Positions 9,136-18,324 of a DNA stretch of 64,000 nt are shown here, one piece after another (position 1 is the first letter of the stretch; every line of letters begins with the position of its first letter). This stretch comes from Candidatus Dormiibacterota bacterium (GTDB taxonomy: Bacteria; Chloroflexota; Dormibacteria; Aeolococcales; Aeolococcaceae), in the NCBI GenBank assembly GCA_963848445.1, contig CAWKDT010000020.1, positions 261,703 to 325,702 on the forward strand, read 5' to 3'. The notes below the pieces were generated by a model. That model searched no databases. It had not been told where the DNA came from and saw only the letters and a list, made by a program, of their open reading frames with translations. Both the position numbers and the translations under genes were made by a program.

Positions 9136-9167
9136 CTTCCGGAACCAGGCGCACGCCGGTATGACGA

Positions 9168-10619
9168 GTGCTTGAGACGCCGGTCCTCGAACAGCTTCGC
9201 GCCGCCGTCGGCGCCGATGGGCTGATCACCGAGCCCGCGGCGCTGCGCACCTACGCGTGCGACGGGCTCACCGGACGGCGGGTCTCCCCCGCCGCGGTCG
9301 CGCTGCCCGCGACGACCGAGCAGGTGGCCGCCGTGGTGCGGAGTTGCGCGGCGGCCCGCGTTCCGTTCGTCGCCCGCGGCGCCGGCACCGGTCTGTCCGG
9401 CGGAGCACTCCCGGTCGCCGATGGCGTGGTCATCGGCCTCAGCAGGATGCGGTCGATCTTGAAGATCGACCTCGACAACCAGCAGGTCACCGTCCAACCC
9501 GGCGTGACCAACCTCGAGGTGAGCAAGGCGGTGCGACCGCTGGGATATTTCTACGCGCCGGATCCGTCGTCGCAGCAGGTGTGCACGATCGGCGGCAACG
9601 TCGCGGAGAACTCCGGCGGTGCGCACTGCCTCAAGTACGGGTTCACCACGCACCACGTGCTCGGTGCGACGTTCGTCACCGCCGACGGACGCATCGCCCG
9701 GCTCGGCGGCGCCGTGCGCGACTCCCCCGGCTACGACCTGCTCGGCGTCGTCATCGGCAGCGAGGGAACCCTCGGCATCGTGACCGAGGTCGTGCTGCGC
9801 ATCGTGCGCGTGCCGGAGTCCACGGAGACGATCCTCGCGGCGTTCTCGAGCATGGGTGATGCGGGTGAGGCCGTCTCGCGCATCATCGCCGCGGGGATGA
9901 CGCCGGCGGCAATCGAGATGATGGACCGGCTGGCGATCCAGGCGTGCGAGGAGACGGTGCACGCGGGCTATCCGGACTGCGGCGCCGCACTGGTCGTCGA
10001 GCTCGACGGTCCCGCTGTCGAGACCGTCGCGCTGCTCGCTCAGGTCACCGAGATCTGCACCGCGAGCGGCGCGACGAGCATCCGCGTCGCCGCCGATGAC
10101 TCGGAACGCGCGCTGATCTGGAAGGGGCGGAAGGCCGCGTTCGCCTCCATGGGAAGGATCAGTCCGGACTACTACGTGCAGGACGGCGTCATCCCTCGAA
10201 CGAGGTTGCGCGAGGTGCTTGAATCGATCGGCGACCTCTCCGCGGCGTACGGGTTGCGCGTGGCCAACGTCTTCCACGCCGGCGACGGCAACCTGCATCC
10301 CCTGGTGCTGTACGACGGCGCGGAGGCGGGGGCCGCGGAGCGCGCGCTCGAGCTGGCCGGCAAGATCCTCGGATCGTGCGTCGCCGCCGGGGGATCGATC
10401 ACCGGCGAGCACGGGGTCGGGTCGGACAAGGCCTGCCACATGCCCGCGATGTTCAGCCCCGAGTCGCTGTCGGTGATGGGCCGGGTGCGCGACGCGTTCG
10501 ACGATCGCGATCTCTGCAACCCGGGAAAGGCGCTGCCGACGCCGCGGCTGTGCGGCGAAGTTCCCGGCGTGTACCGCCCCCATGCCGCCGAGCTGGCGGG
10601 CCTGGCGGAGCGCATGTGA
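9168..10619 (+). CDS. glcD: glycolate oxidase FAD-linked subunit GlcD
   Basis: FAD-binding-4 domain (RGAGTGLSGGALP) plus C-terminal FAD-linked oxidase domain (GSITGEHGVGSDK); GTG start. Confidence 0.85.
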   Translation: MLETPVLEQLRAAVGADGLITEPAALRTYACDGLTGRRVSPAAVALPATTEQVAAVVRSCAAARVPFVARGAGTGLSGGALPVADGVVIGLSRMRSILKIDLDNQQVTVQPGVTNLEVSKAVRPLGYFYAPDPSSQQVCTIGGNVAENSGGAHCLKYGFTTHHVLGATFVTADGRIARLGGAVRDSPGYDLLGVVIGSEGTLGIVTEVVLRIVRVPESTETILAAFSSMGDAGEAVSRIIAAGMTPAAIEMMDRLAIQACEETVHAGYPDCGAALVVELDGPAVETVALLAQVTEICTASGATSIRVAADDSERALIWKGRKAAFASMGRISPDYYVQDGVIPRTRLREVLESIGDLSAAYGLRVANVFHAGDGNLHPLVLYDGAEAGAAERALELAGKILGSCVAAGGSITGEHGVGSDKACHMPAMFSPESLSVMGRVRDAFDDRDLCNPGKALPTPRLCGEVPGVYRPHAAELAGLAERM

Positions 10620-11839
10620 TGGTCGCCGCCGAGAGAGCCCTCGATGTGTTCGCCGCCATCGTCGGCGCCGATCAGGTCCGCGAGGCGCGACCCGCGGACG
10701 CGGTGGGCGGGGTGGTTCCGCGCGTCGTGGTGTCGCCCGCAGACGAGCCCGAGGTCGCGGCCGTGCTCGCCGCGGCAACCCGCGAACGCCTCGCGGTCGT
10801 GCCACGCGGCGGCGCAACCAAGCTCGGCTGGGGCATGCCGCCGCGGCGCTGCGACGTCGTGCTGTCGACGGCGCGCATCGCCGGGATCGTCGACCACGAG
10901 CCCGCCGACCTGGTCTGCGTGGTCCGCGCCGGAACACTGCTCGCGGCACTCCAGCGGACGCTCGCCTCGACCGCAGGCTTCCGCCAGCGGCTGATGCTCG
11001 ACCCCGCTCACGGGGATGCGGCGACCGTCGGCGGGGTCGTCGCGACCGCGGCGAGCGGACCGTTGCGCACCCGGTTCGGCACGCCGCGCGACCTCGTGAT
11101 CGGTGCCGCCTTCGTGCTCGCTGACGGCACGGCCGGCCGCAGCGGCGGGAAGGTCGTCAAGAACGTGGCCGGCTTCGATGTGGCCAAGCTCCTCGTCGGC
11201 TCGATGGGAACGCTCGCAGTGATCACCGAGGTCGCGGTGCGCCTGCACCCGCTCCCGGAGGCGTCGCGAACGGTGCTGCTCGAGTCGCGGTCCATCGACG
11301 ACCTGTGCTCATGTGCACGCGGTCTCGCGCGGCTTCAGGTGACGCCGAGCGTGGTCGATCTCCATCTGCCGGATGGCCTCGTGCTCGTGCGCTTCGACAG
11401 CTCCGAGCGCGGGGCGACGCTCCAGGCCGAGCGCGTGATCCGAGAGATCGGCGGCCGCATGGTGCGTGACGGCGAGGCGGCGTCACTGGCCAGCCGGTAT
11501 GAGCGGTCGCCGTGGTCGGAGGATGGCGCCGTCGCCGCGCTTGCGGTGCTGCCGGCACGCGTCGCGGAGCTCGTGACGTCGATCGCCGGTATGTGTGATG
11601 CCGTGGTGATGCGCCCCTTGCTCGGCACCGGAGAGGCGCGGTTCACGCCGGATGCCGCGGCGGCCGTTCGCGCCGCGGCGGAACGATGCGGCGGTCGCGT
11701 GACGGTGAGGCGCGGGCGCGCGGACGGCGAGCCCGAGGGCGGGATCGACGCCGTCGCCCTTGACCTCATGCGGTCGGTGAAGGGTCAGCTCGATCCGGCC
11801 GGAACGTTGAGTCCAGGCCGCCTGACCGGTGGCATCTGA
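10619..11839 (+). CDS. glcE: glycolate oxidase FAD-binding subunit GlcE
   Basis: TGATG overlap with glcD; FAD-binding-4 domain (VVPRGGATKLGWG, KNVAGFDVAKL). Confidence 0.75.
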   Translation: MVAAERALDVFAAIVGADQVREARPADAVGGVVPRVVVSPADEPEVAAVLAAATRERLAVVPRGGATKLGWGMPPRRCDVVLSTARIAGIVDHEPADLVCVVRAGTLLAALQRTLASTAGFRQRLMLDPAHGDAATVGGVVATAASGPLRTRFGTPRDLVIGAAFVLADGTAGRSGGKVVKNVAGFDVAKLLVGSMGTLAVITEVAVRLHPLPEASRTVLLESRSIDDLCSCARGLARLQVTPSVVDLHLPDGLVLVRFDSSERGATLQAERVIREIGGRMVRDGEAASLASRYERSPWSEDGAVAALAVLPARVAELVTSIAGMCDAVVMRPLLGTGEARFTPDAAAAVRAAAERCGGRVTVRRGRADGEPEGGIDAVALDLMRSVKGQLDPAGTLSPGRLTGGI

Positions 11840-13226
11840 GGTGACCGTCGGCAATGCCGGCCCTCCTCGGGCGATGGGTCACGCGCGTCACTCCGGCGCA
11901 TCGATGGCGTTCGACAAGCACCACCCGCCCGACGCGGCGCTCATCGCCGACTGCGTGCACTGCGGCTTCTGTCTTCCTGCATGCCCGACGTATCTCCTCT
12001 GGGGCGAGGAGATGGACTCGCCGCGGGGCCGCATCCTGCTCATGGACCTCGCCGAGCGCGGCGAGATCGGCATGGATCGCGAGGTCGTGCGCCACTGGGA
12101 CGCCTGCCTCGGCTGCATGGCATGCGTGGACTCGTGCCCCTCCGGGGTGCGGTACGACCGCCTCATCGAGCAGGTGCGCCCGCAGATCGAGCGACGTTTC
12201 ACGCGGGACTGGCGGTCGCGGGCGCAGCGCGCGCTCCTCTTCGCGGTGCTGCCGGATCCCAGGCGCATGCGACTCGTTGCCACCGCGGTCGGGCTCACCC
12301 ATGCGCTCGGGTTGCGCCAGGCGCTGCGGCGGCCCGCGCTGCAGCGTTTCGTCCCGCACACGCTCCGCCGCCTCGACGGCATGGCACCGCCGCTGCGCCT
12401 CGACGACCTGCGTCGGAAGACGCCGCGACGCATCGCACCGGCGGGGTCCCGCGTGCTGCGGGTCGCGCTGCTCACCGGGTGCGTGCAGGACGCGTTCTTC
12501 TCACACGTCAACCGGGCGACCGCGCGCGTGCTCGCCGCGCACGGCTGCGAGGTGCTCGTCCCGTCGCTGCAGAGTTGCTGCGGCGCGCTCGAGATCCACG
12601 CCGGGCGCGAACCCGCCGCGCTGCAGCACGCCCGCGCGGTCATCGCACAGATGGAACGGCTCGACGTCGACCGCATCGTGGTGAACGCCGCCGGCTGCGG
12701 ATCGACGATGAAGGACTACGGCGCGCTCTTCGCGGACGATCCGGTGTGGTCGGCCCGCGCCGCCTCCTGTTCGGCGAAGGTGCGAGACGTCACCGAGGTC
12801 CTCGGCGGTCTCGACCTCCAGCAACCCGCGAGCCTGCACGCGCTGCCGGTGCGCGTCGCGTACCACGACGCCTGCCATCTTGCCCACGCTCAGGGAGTGC
12901 GCGCCCAGCCCCGCGCGCTGCTCGGCCGCATCCCGGGCCTCGAGCTCGTCGACCTCACCGAGTCCGATGTGTGCTGCGGCAGCGCCGGCATCTACAACCT
13001 CGTCGCCGCGCAGACCGCCGATGATCTTGGCGATCGCAAGGCGCGCCACGTCATCGCGAGCGGGGCCGAGCTGCTCACCGCCGGCAACGGTGGGTGTCTC
13101 CTGCAGATTCAGGCGGCGCTGCGACGCGCCGGACATCCGCTGCCGGCGGTCCACCCCGTGGAGCTGCTCGACGCGTCGATCCGCGGTCTCCCGATGGCGA
13201 TGGTCCGCGAGCGTGCCGGCCGATGA
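11829..13226 (+). CDS. glcF: glycolate oxidase iron-sulfur subunit GlcF
   Basis: Two Fe-S Cys clusters (CVHCGFCLPACPTY, CLGCMACVDSCPSG) plus two CCG domains (LLTGCVQD, HDACHL); start ambiguous (GTG 11829 / GTG 11841 / ATG 11874 / ATG 11904). Confidence 0.8.
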   Translation: MASEVTVGNAGPPRAMGHARHSGASMAFDKHHPPDAALIADCVHCGFCLPACPTYLLWGEEMDSPRGRILLMDLAERGEIGMDREVVRHWDACLGCMACVDSCPSGVRYDRLIEQVRPQIERRFTRDWRSRAQRALLFAVLPDPRRMRLVATAVGLTHALGLRQALRRPALQRFVPHTLRRLDGMAPPLRLDDLRRKTPRRIAPAGSRVLRVALLTGCVQDAFFSHVNRATARVLAAHGCEVLVPSLQSCCGALEIHAGREPAALQHARAVIAQMERLDVDRIVVNAAGCGSTMKDYGALFADDPVWSARAASCSAKVRDVTEVLGGLDLQQPASLHALPVRVAYHDACHLAHAQGVRAQPRALLGRIPGLELVDLTESDVCCGSAGIYNLVAAQTADDLGDRKARHVIASGAELLTAGNGGCLLQIQAALRRAGHPLPAVHPVELLDASIRGLPMAMVRERAGR

Positions 13227-13300
13227 CCATCGAGGACATCGTGGCGTTCATACGCACGCAGAAGCTCGGCGTCGTCGGCTAGGGATCACAGTCGATCCAC

Positions 13301-14449
13301 ATGGGCCGTGATGCACCTGCGTCGGTGGTGGTGGTCGGCGCCGGTGCGGTCGGCCTTGCCGTCGCGCTGCAGCTGCGCAGGGCGGGCGTTGCCGGCGTCA
13401 TCGTGGTCGAGCGCAACGCGTCGCCGGGCATGGGTTCGACATGCAGGGCCAACGGCGGCGTCAGGGCGCAGTTCACCACGCCGATCAACATCGAGTTCTC
13501 ACGGTTCACGATCCGCGAGCTCCGGGCGCTGCACGCGGATGTGGGCTTTCGTGCCGTCGGCTACCTCTTCATGACGGGGACCGATGACGGAGCGGCGGCG
13601 CTGCGGCGCGCATGGGCGCTGCAGCGCGCCCACGGCGTCGAGGTCGAGTGGCTCGACCCGGCGGGCGTCGCCGAGCTCGCGCCGTTCGTGCGCACCGAGG
13701 GGTTGCGCGCAGGCACGTTCTTCGGCGGCGATGGGATCATCGACCCGAGCGGTGTGGTGAGCGCGTTCTCCGATGCCGCGCGCGAGCTCGGCGTGTCGAT
13801 CCGCTGCGACACCGCGGCGATCGACATCGGCGTCAGCGGTGGACGCCCCGTGGTGCACACGACGCGCGGCGACATCCCCACCGACCACGTCGTGAACGCC
13901 GCCGGGCCGTTCGCGCGGTCGGTCGCGGCGACGGCGGGCATCGACCTTCCGGTGACACCGCGGCGGCGCAACCTGGCGTGCACCGAGCCGGTCGCCGGCA
14001 TGCCCGACCCGATCCCGATGTGCGTCGACAACGACACCGGCGTGCTCATCCGCCGGGAGGCCGGTGGATTCCTCGTGGGGTATTCGGATCCGCACGACCC
14101 CGAGTCGATGGAGACCGGCTTCGATCCGGGTTTTCTCGATGTCATCGCGCGGCGCATCGGGCATCGGTTTCCCTTCCTGGAGGATGTGCCGATCAACGCG
14201 CGCAAGTGCTGGGCGGGCCTCTACCCGGAGACGAGCGACCATCACGCGATCATCGATGCGCCGACCGGCGCGCCCTGGTTCATCCAGTGCGCCGGGTTCG
14301 GAGGGCACGGCATCATGCACTCGCTCGCGGCGGGTCAGGCCGTGGCGGAGCTCATCCGCGACGGCAGGTGCACCACGTTCGACCTGCACCCGCTCCGTCT
14401 GAACCGCTTCGGCGAGCCGGGCGGGTCCGTCGAGACGGCGGTGCTGTGA
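13301..14449 (+). CDS. FAD-dependent oxidoreductase, DAO family (sarcosine/glycine/D-amino-acid oxidase-like)
   Basis: VVVVGAGAVGLAVALQL Rossmann motif at the N-terminus; DAO-like length (382 aa); C-terminal GFGGHGIM. Confidence 0.8.
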   Translation: MGRDAPASVVVVGAGAVGLAVALQLRRAGVAGVIVVERNASPGMGSTCRANGGVRAQFTTPINIEFSRFTIRELRALHADVGFRAVGYLFMTGTDDGAAALRRAWALQRAHGVEVEWLDPAGVAELAPFVRTEGLRAGTFFGGDGIIDPSGVVSAFSDAARELGVSIRCDTAAIDIGVSGGRPVVHTTRGDIPTDHVVNAAGPFARSVAATAGIDLPVTPRRRNLACTEPVAGMPDPIPMCVDNDTGVLIRREAGGFLVGYSDPHDPESMETGFDPGFLDVIARRIGHRFPFLEDVPINARKCWAGLYPETSDHHAIIDAPTGAPWFIQCAGFGGHGIMHSLAAGQAVAELIRDGRCTTFDLHPLRLNRFGEPGGSVETAVL

Positions 14450-14457
14450 CCGCTGCG

Positions 14458-15363
14458 TCAGCTCGCCGTCGCCGCCTCGAGCACTGCCAGGATCCCTGCC
14501 TCCCGATCGTCGATGAGCGCGTGCAGCGCCTGGCGCTGTGACGCGTTGAGCGTCTGCAGTGGCGGCCGCACCGCATCGTCGATCTCCACCCCGCGGCGGC
14601 GGAGGATGAACTTCAGCGCGGAGAGGAACGGGACCCGTTCGATCGAGTGGCGGATCCGCGCAGCGCGTGCGCTTGCGTCGGGCGTCCGCTCGGTGACCGC
14701 CGCGATCGTCAGCTCGGGAAGCGCCGCCGCGAGCCCGGAGACGGCGCCCGCCGCACCCAACGCCAGGCCCTGGTCGATGAGACCCTCGGCACCGATGAAC
14801 ACATCGAGGCCGGGGAGCAGGTATGGCTCGACGCGCTCGAACGGCGCGTCGGAGACCTTGAGCCCCGCAAGGTTCGGCGCGGTGGCTCGCAGCCGCTCCA
14901 CGACCGCGATCGGCACGGAGTACCCGCTCCGCGCGGCGAACTCATAGACGTAGAACGGCGTCGGAGCGCACGCGCTCGCCGCGGCGTCGAGGTGCCGCCA
15001 GATCGAGTCGGCGTCGAGGGCGAAGTACGGGGGAGGGATGACCGCGACGCCGGCGGCGCCGTTGCGCGCCGCGTGCTCGGCGAGCACGATCGTGTCCCGG
15101 GTGGTCTGCGCGCCGCAATGCACGATGATCGGGATGCGGTGCGCCGCCGTCGACAGGAAGCGCTCGGCCACACCGCGGCGCTCCTCCACCGAGAGCAGGA
15201 TCCCCTCGCCGGTGGTGCCGAGCGCGAGGAGGCCGTCGAGCCCGGACCTCACATAGAAGTCGACGAGGTCGCCGATCGCGTCGGCGTCCACGCCGGCGCC
15301 GCCCTCGCGCAGGGGCGTGACCGCGGCGGCCAGCGTGCCACGGAGCCGGGGTGCCGCGACCAT
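14458..15363 (-). CDS. DapA/DHDPS-family lyase (4-hydroxy-2-oxoglutarate aldolase or HypD-like candidate)
   Basis: ATG at 15363 (MVAAPRLRGTLAAAVTPL); TIM-barrel lyase motifs (GTTGEG, VIPPPYF); the long upstream extension of the ORF is Arg/Ser junk. Confidence 0.75.
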   Translation of the reverse strand: MVAAPRLRGTLAAAVTPLREGGAGVDADAIGDLVDFYVRSGLDGLLALGTTGEGILLSVEERRGVAERFLSTAAHRIPIIVHCGAQTTRDTIVLAEHAARNGAAGVAVIPPPYFALDADSIWRHLDAAASACAPTPFYVYEFAARSGYSVPIAVVERLRATAPNLAGLKVSDAPFERVEPYLLPGLDVFIGAEGLIDQGLALGAAGAVSGLAAALPELTIAAVTERTPDASARAARIRHSIERVPFLSALKFILRRRGVEIDDAVRPPLQTLNASQRQALHALIDDREAGILAVLEAATAS

Positions 15364-15385
15364 GTGCCCGCAGTCTACCCGGGCG

Positions 15386-16336
15386 TCACCAGCTCGCTGC
15401 GACGGCTCCCGCGATGAAGACGAGCGCGAGGTAGAGCAGGGAATAGTGGAAGAGCAGGGCCGCGGCACGGGACGACGCCTGCGCACGCGCCCACCATGCG
15501 AGCCCGAGGTACACGGCTCCGAGCGCCGCGACGGCCACGGCGTATCCCGCGCCGAGCGCGAGCCCGGGAATGAGGCTCGCGGCGACGAGCACGAGCGTGT
15601 ACAGCAGGATTCGACGGTGCGTGCGCGCGGTGCCGATGAGCACCGGGAGCATCGGGACCCGGGCCTTGCGGTAGTCGTCGCGGAGGAGGAGCGCCAGCGA
15701 CCAGAAATGCGGCGGCGTCCAGAAGAACACAACCACGAAGAGGGCGAACGCCGGCCATTCGATGTCGCCGCGCACCGCAGCCCATGCGACGAGCGGTGGG
15801 AACGCGCCGGCGGCGCCGCCGATCACGATGTTGAGCGGCGTGCTGCGCTTCAGGATCATCGTGTACACGAAGACGTAGAAGACTCCGCCGCCGAGCGCGA
15901 GCAGCGCGGCGAGCGCGTTGACCGCGATGGAGAACACGAGCACCGATGCGGCGATGAGTCCGACGCCGAAGGTCAGCGCCTGCCAGGGGTGGATGCGCCC
16001 GGACGGCAGCGGCCGGCCGCAGGTTCGCGCCATCAACCGGTCGATGTCGCGGTCGTACCAGCAGTTGATCGCGCCGGATCCTCCGGCCGCGAGGGCACCG
16101 CCGGCGGCTGCCCAGAGCATCAAGGCCACGGGCGGCAACCCGCGCGCGGCGATCACCATCGTCGCGACCTCGGTGAGGACGAGCAGGACGATGATCCGCG
16201 GCTTGGTGAGGCTCAGGTAATCACGAGCGATCGAGTGCGAACGCGAGAGCGAACGTTCCACCGCACGATGCTCGACCGGCACGTCGAGCGCACCCGCGGC
16301 GTCGGTCGGGATCATCACCTCCGCACTCGTCTGCAT
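15386..16336 (-). CDS. ctaB: protoheme IX farnesyltransferase (heme O synthase)
   Basis: UbiA-family membrane protein; YLSLTKPRIIVLL, WYDRDIDRLMARTCGRPLPSGRI, WTPPHFWSLALL motifs. Confidence 0.9.
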   Translation of the reverse strand: MQTSAEVMIPTDAAGALDVPVEHRAVERSLSRSHSIARDYLSLTKPRIIVLLVLTEVATMVIAARGLPPVALMLWAAAGGALAAGGSGAINCWYDRDIDRLMARTCGRPLPSGRIHPWQALTFGVGLIAASVLVFSIAVNALAALLALGGGVFYVFVYTMILKRSTPLNIVIGGAAGAFPPLVAWAAVRGDIEWPAFALFVVVFFWTPPHFWSLALLLRDDYRKARVPMLPVLIGTARTHRRILLYTLVLVAASLIPGLALGAGYAVAVAALGAVYLGLAWWARAQASSRAAALLFHYSLLYLALVFIAGAVAASW

Positions 16337-16345
16337 CTGCTCTCC

Positions 16346-16870
16346 TCAGGCGCTCCGTGTCTGCTTCGCCAAGAGCGTCGTGATCTCGGCGTTGAAGTCC
16401 TTGACGCTCATCGTGCCGAGCCCCCCGAGCACGACGTCGGCGGTGCCGCCCTTGGCGTCGAGGAAGACGATCGCCGGCGCTGCCGGAATCCGGTACTCGA
16501 CGGCGATGGTCGCCTGGCTGTCGGCGATGCTCTGGTAGGGCACCCGCAGCTGCGACTGAAAGGCGATCGCGTCCTTGTCCTGGTCGCGGAGGTCGATCCC
16601 GAGAAAGACAACCCCCTCGGGTGACCACTTCGCATATGCGGTGTTCAAGTCCGGCTGCTCGTCATGACACGGACCGCACCACGACGCCCAGAAGATGAGC
16701 ACCACGGGATGCCCGCGGAACGCGGTGATGCTCACGTCCTTCCCTGCCAGGGTCGGGCCGCCGGTCGCCGACACCGGGATCGGCGTATGCGCCGTCGACG
16801 CGTGCGGAGCGCCGCACGCGGTGAGACATGCCGCCGCGCAGATGAGCACGAGGCATCGTCTGCGGATCAC
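16346..16870 (-). CDS. TlpA/ResA-like thiol-disulfide oxidoreductase lipoprotein
   Basis: WASWCGPC thioredoxin motif; lipobox LTAC after a GTG start at 16870 that overlaps the CtaG stop (GTGA). Confidence 0.7.
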   Translation of the reverse strand: MIRRRCLVLICAAACLTACGAPHASTAHTPIPVSATGGPTLAGKDVSITAFRGHPVVLIFWASWCGPCHDEQPDLNTAYAKWSPEGVVFLGIDLRDQDKDAIAFQSQLRVPYQSIADSQATIAVEYRIPAAPAIVFLDAKGGTADVVLGGLGTMSVKDFNAEITTLLAKQTRSA

Positions 16871-17700
16871 CGTGGCGCAGTCGCCGGCGCACTCACGGTG
16901 CGGCCGTCTCGGTCGAACCACAGCGCTCCCAGCCAGACGAGCGCGAGGACGAAGGGCACGCTACCGGGCACCCACATGACCCCGGCGGCGATCTGCTGAT
17001 CCGTGAGGAGGTTGAGACCTCCGGCGGGGTAGGCATAGAGGGGTTGAGCGGCATACGCGATCAGCACGGCGAGACCCCAGCTCACGGCCATCCCACCCAG
17101 CACCGTCACGCCGCGTCCCAGCAGGGAGAGCCGTTCGCGGGCGTCGACGGCGCCGATGACCTGATCCCAGAAGAGCAGGCCAAGGCCGAAGAACATCGTG
17201 TGCTCCAGGTCGTGCACCGAGTCGAGGCGCAGCGTCGTGTTGTAGACCGGCGGAAGGTGCCAGAAGAGAAGGTTGACGCTGAACGCGACCACGACAACGG
17301 CCGCTGCTCGCGGCCCGGCGTGCAGCACGCGCATCGCCCTGGCGGGCCAGGTGTCCGCGATCGCGATCGCCCGCCCCTGAATGGCGAGGTAGCCGGCCCA
17401 CGCCGTTCGGAACGGGTCGCCGAGCAGGATGAGCGGGGGCGCCACCAGCAGCAGCAGCACGTGCTGCAGCATGTGGTCCCACTGGAGGGTGGTGTCGAAG
17501 TATGAAACCGGGGACACCAGCGCAAGCAGCAGCACGCCGAGCCCGGCGGTGAACGCCAGATCCCCGTTGTCCCAGCTCCGGCCTCTCCCCAATGCCATCG
17601 AGGCGGAGCGCCGCCCGCGCCAGTACAGGTACGCTCCGGCGGCAGCCCCGACGATCGGCACCGGGTCGAAGCTCCAGTCGAGCAGGGGGGCCCAGAGCAT
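16867..17700 (-). CDS. ctaG: cytochrome c oxidase assembly factor, Caa3-type CtaG-like membrane protein
   Basis: About 277-aa polytopic membrane protein with conserved His (MLQHVLLLLVAPPLILLG, FWHLPP); lies between ctaE and ctaB. Confidence 0.55.
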   Translation of the reverse strand: MLWAPLLDWSFDPVPIVGAAAGAYLYWRGRRSASMALGRGRSWDNGDLAFTAGLGVLLLALVSPVSYFDTTLQWDHMLQHVLLLLVAPPLILLGDPFRTAWAGYLAIQGRAIAIADTWPARAMRVLHAGPRAAAVVVVAFSVNLLFWHLPPVYNTTLRLDSVHDLEHTMFFGLGLLFWDQVIGAVDARERLSLLGRGVTVLGGMAVSWGLAVLIAYAAQPLYAYPAGGLNLLTDQQIAAGVMWVPGSVPFVLALVWLGALWFDRDGRTVSAPATAPR

Positions 17701-17709
17701 GGCCGTTGC

Positions 17710-18324
17710 TTACGTGACGAACTCGACGAGTGCGTACACGGCAAACGCGAGGACGGTGACGTACGACCACTGTTCCATGATTGCCCGAGCCTGGATGGTC
17801 GTGATCGGCGATGTCCCGCGGATGTGCCCCATCACGAGGCTCAACAGCCACAGGCCGAGGATGATGAACTCAGCCAGGACGACTCCGTACCACACCGTCG
17901 AGATGTCGATGTAGGTGCCGTTCGTCAGGTCCCATCCGAACTGGTACATCAGGAAGATCCGCACGGCGCCGGTGAGAACGACCGCCGCGACGGCGAGCCA
18001 GAGCAGCCCCTTGACCGAACCCACGGCGCTGCTTCTCGAAAGGCCCATCGACGCCGCCCACATCGCGAGCAGCGCGACGACCGGCACCAGGAGACCCACC
18101 AGCGCCAGCACCTCAGGAGGAGCGCTGACGCCGCTCGGGTGCCACATGCCCCCGAAGTTGTTGGTGCGAAGGTACAGGTAGGTGAAGAGGAACGTCAGCT
18201 GCAGTGTGGTGTTGGCGCCCATCAGCAGCCTCGAGCCGAAGAGGAGCGTGCGTTCGCCGCCTGCGATGTCCTCGACGGGCGTCAATCCGGTCGGGCTTGC
18301 GGTTCCGTCGATCATCTCAGGCAC
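17710..18324 (-). CDS. ctaE: cytochrome c oxidase subunit III
   Basis: 204 aa, 5-TM profile typical of short subunit III; sits directly downstream of ctaD. Confidence 0.8.
   Translation of the reverse strand: MPEMIDGTASPTGLTPVEDIAGGERTLLFGSRLLMGANTTLQLTFLFTYLYLRTNNFGGMWHPSGVSAPPEVLALVGLLVPVVALLAMWAASMGLSRSSAVGSVKGLLWLAVAAVVLTGAVRIFLMYQFGWDLTNGTYIDISTVWYGVVLAEFIILGLWLLSLVMGHIRGTSPITTIQARAIMEQWSYVTVLAFAVYALVEFVT

Noticed and set aside
8712-10949. 745-aa minus-strand ORF
   Set aside because: Antisense to the aminotransferase/glcD genes. Arg-rich composition and no domain signal.
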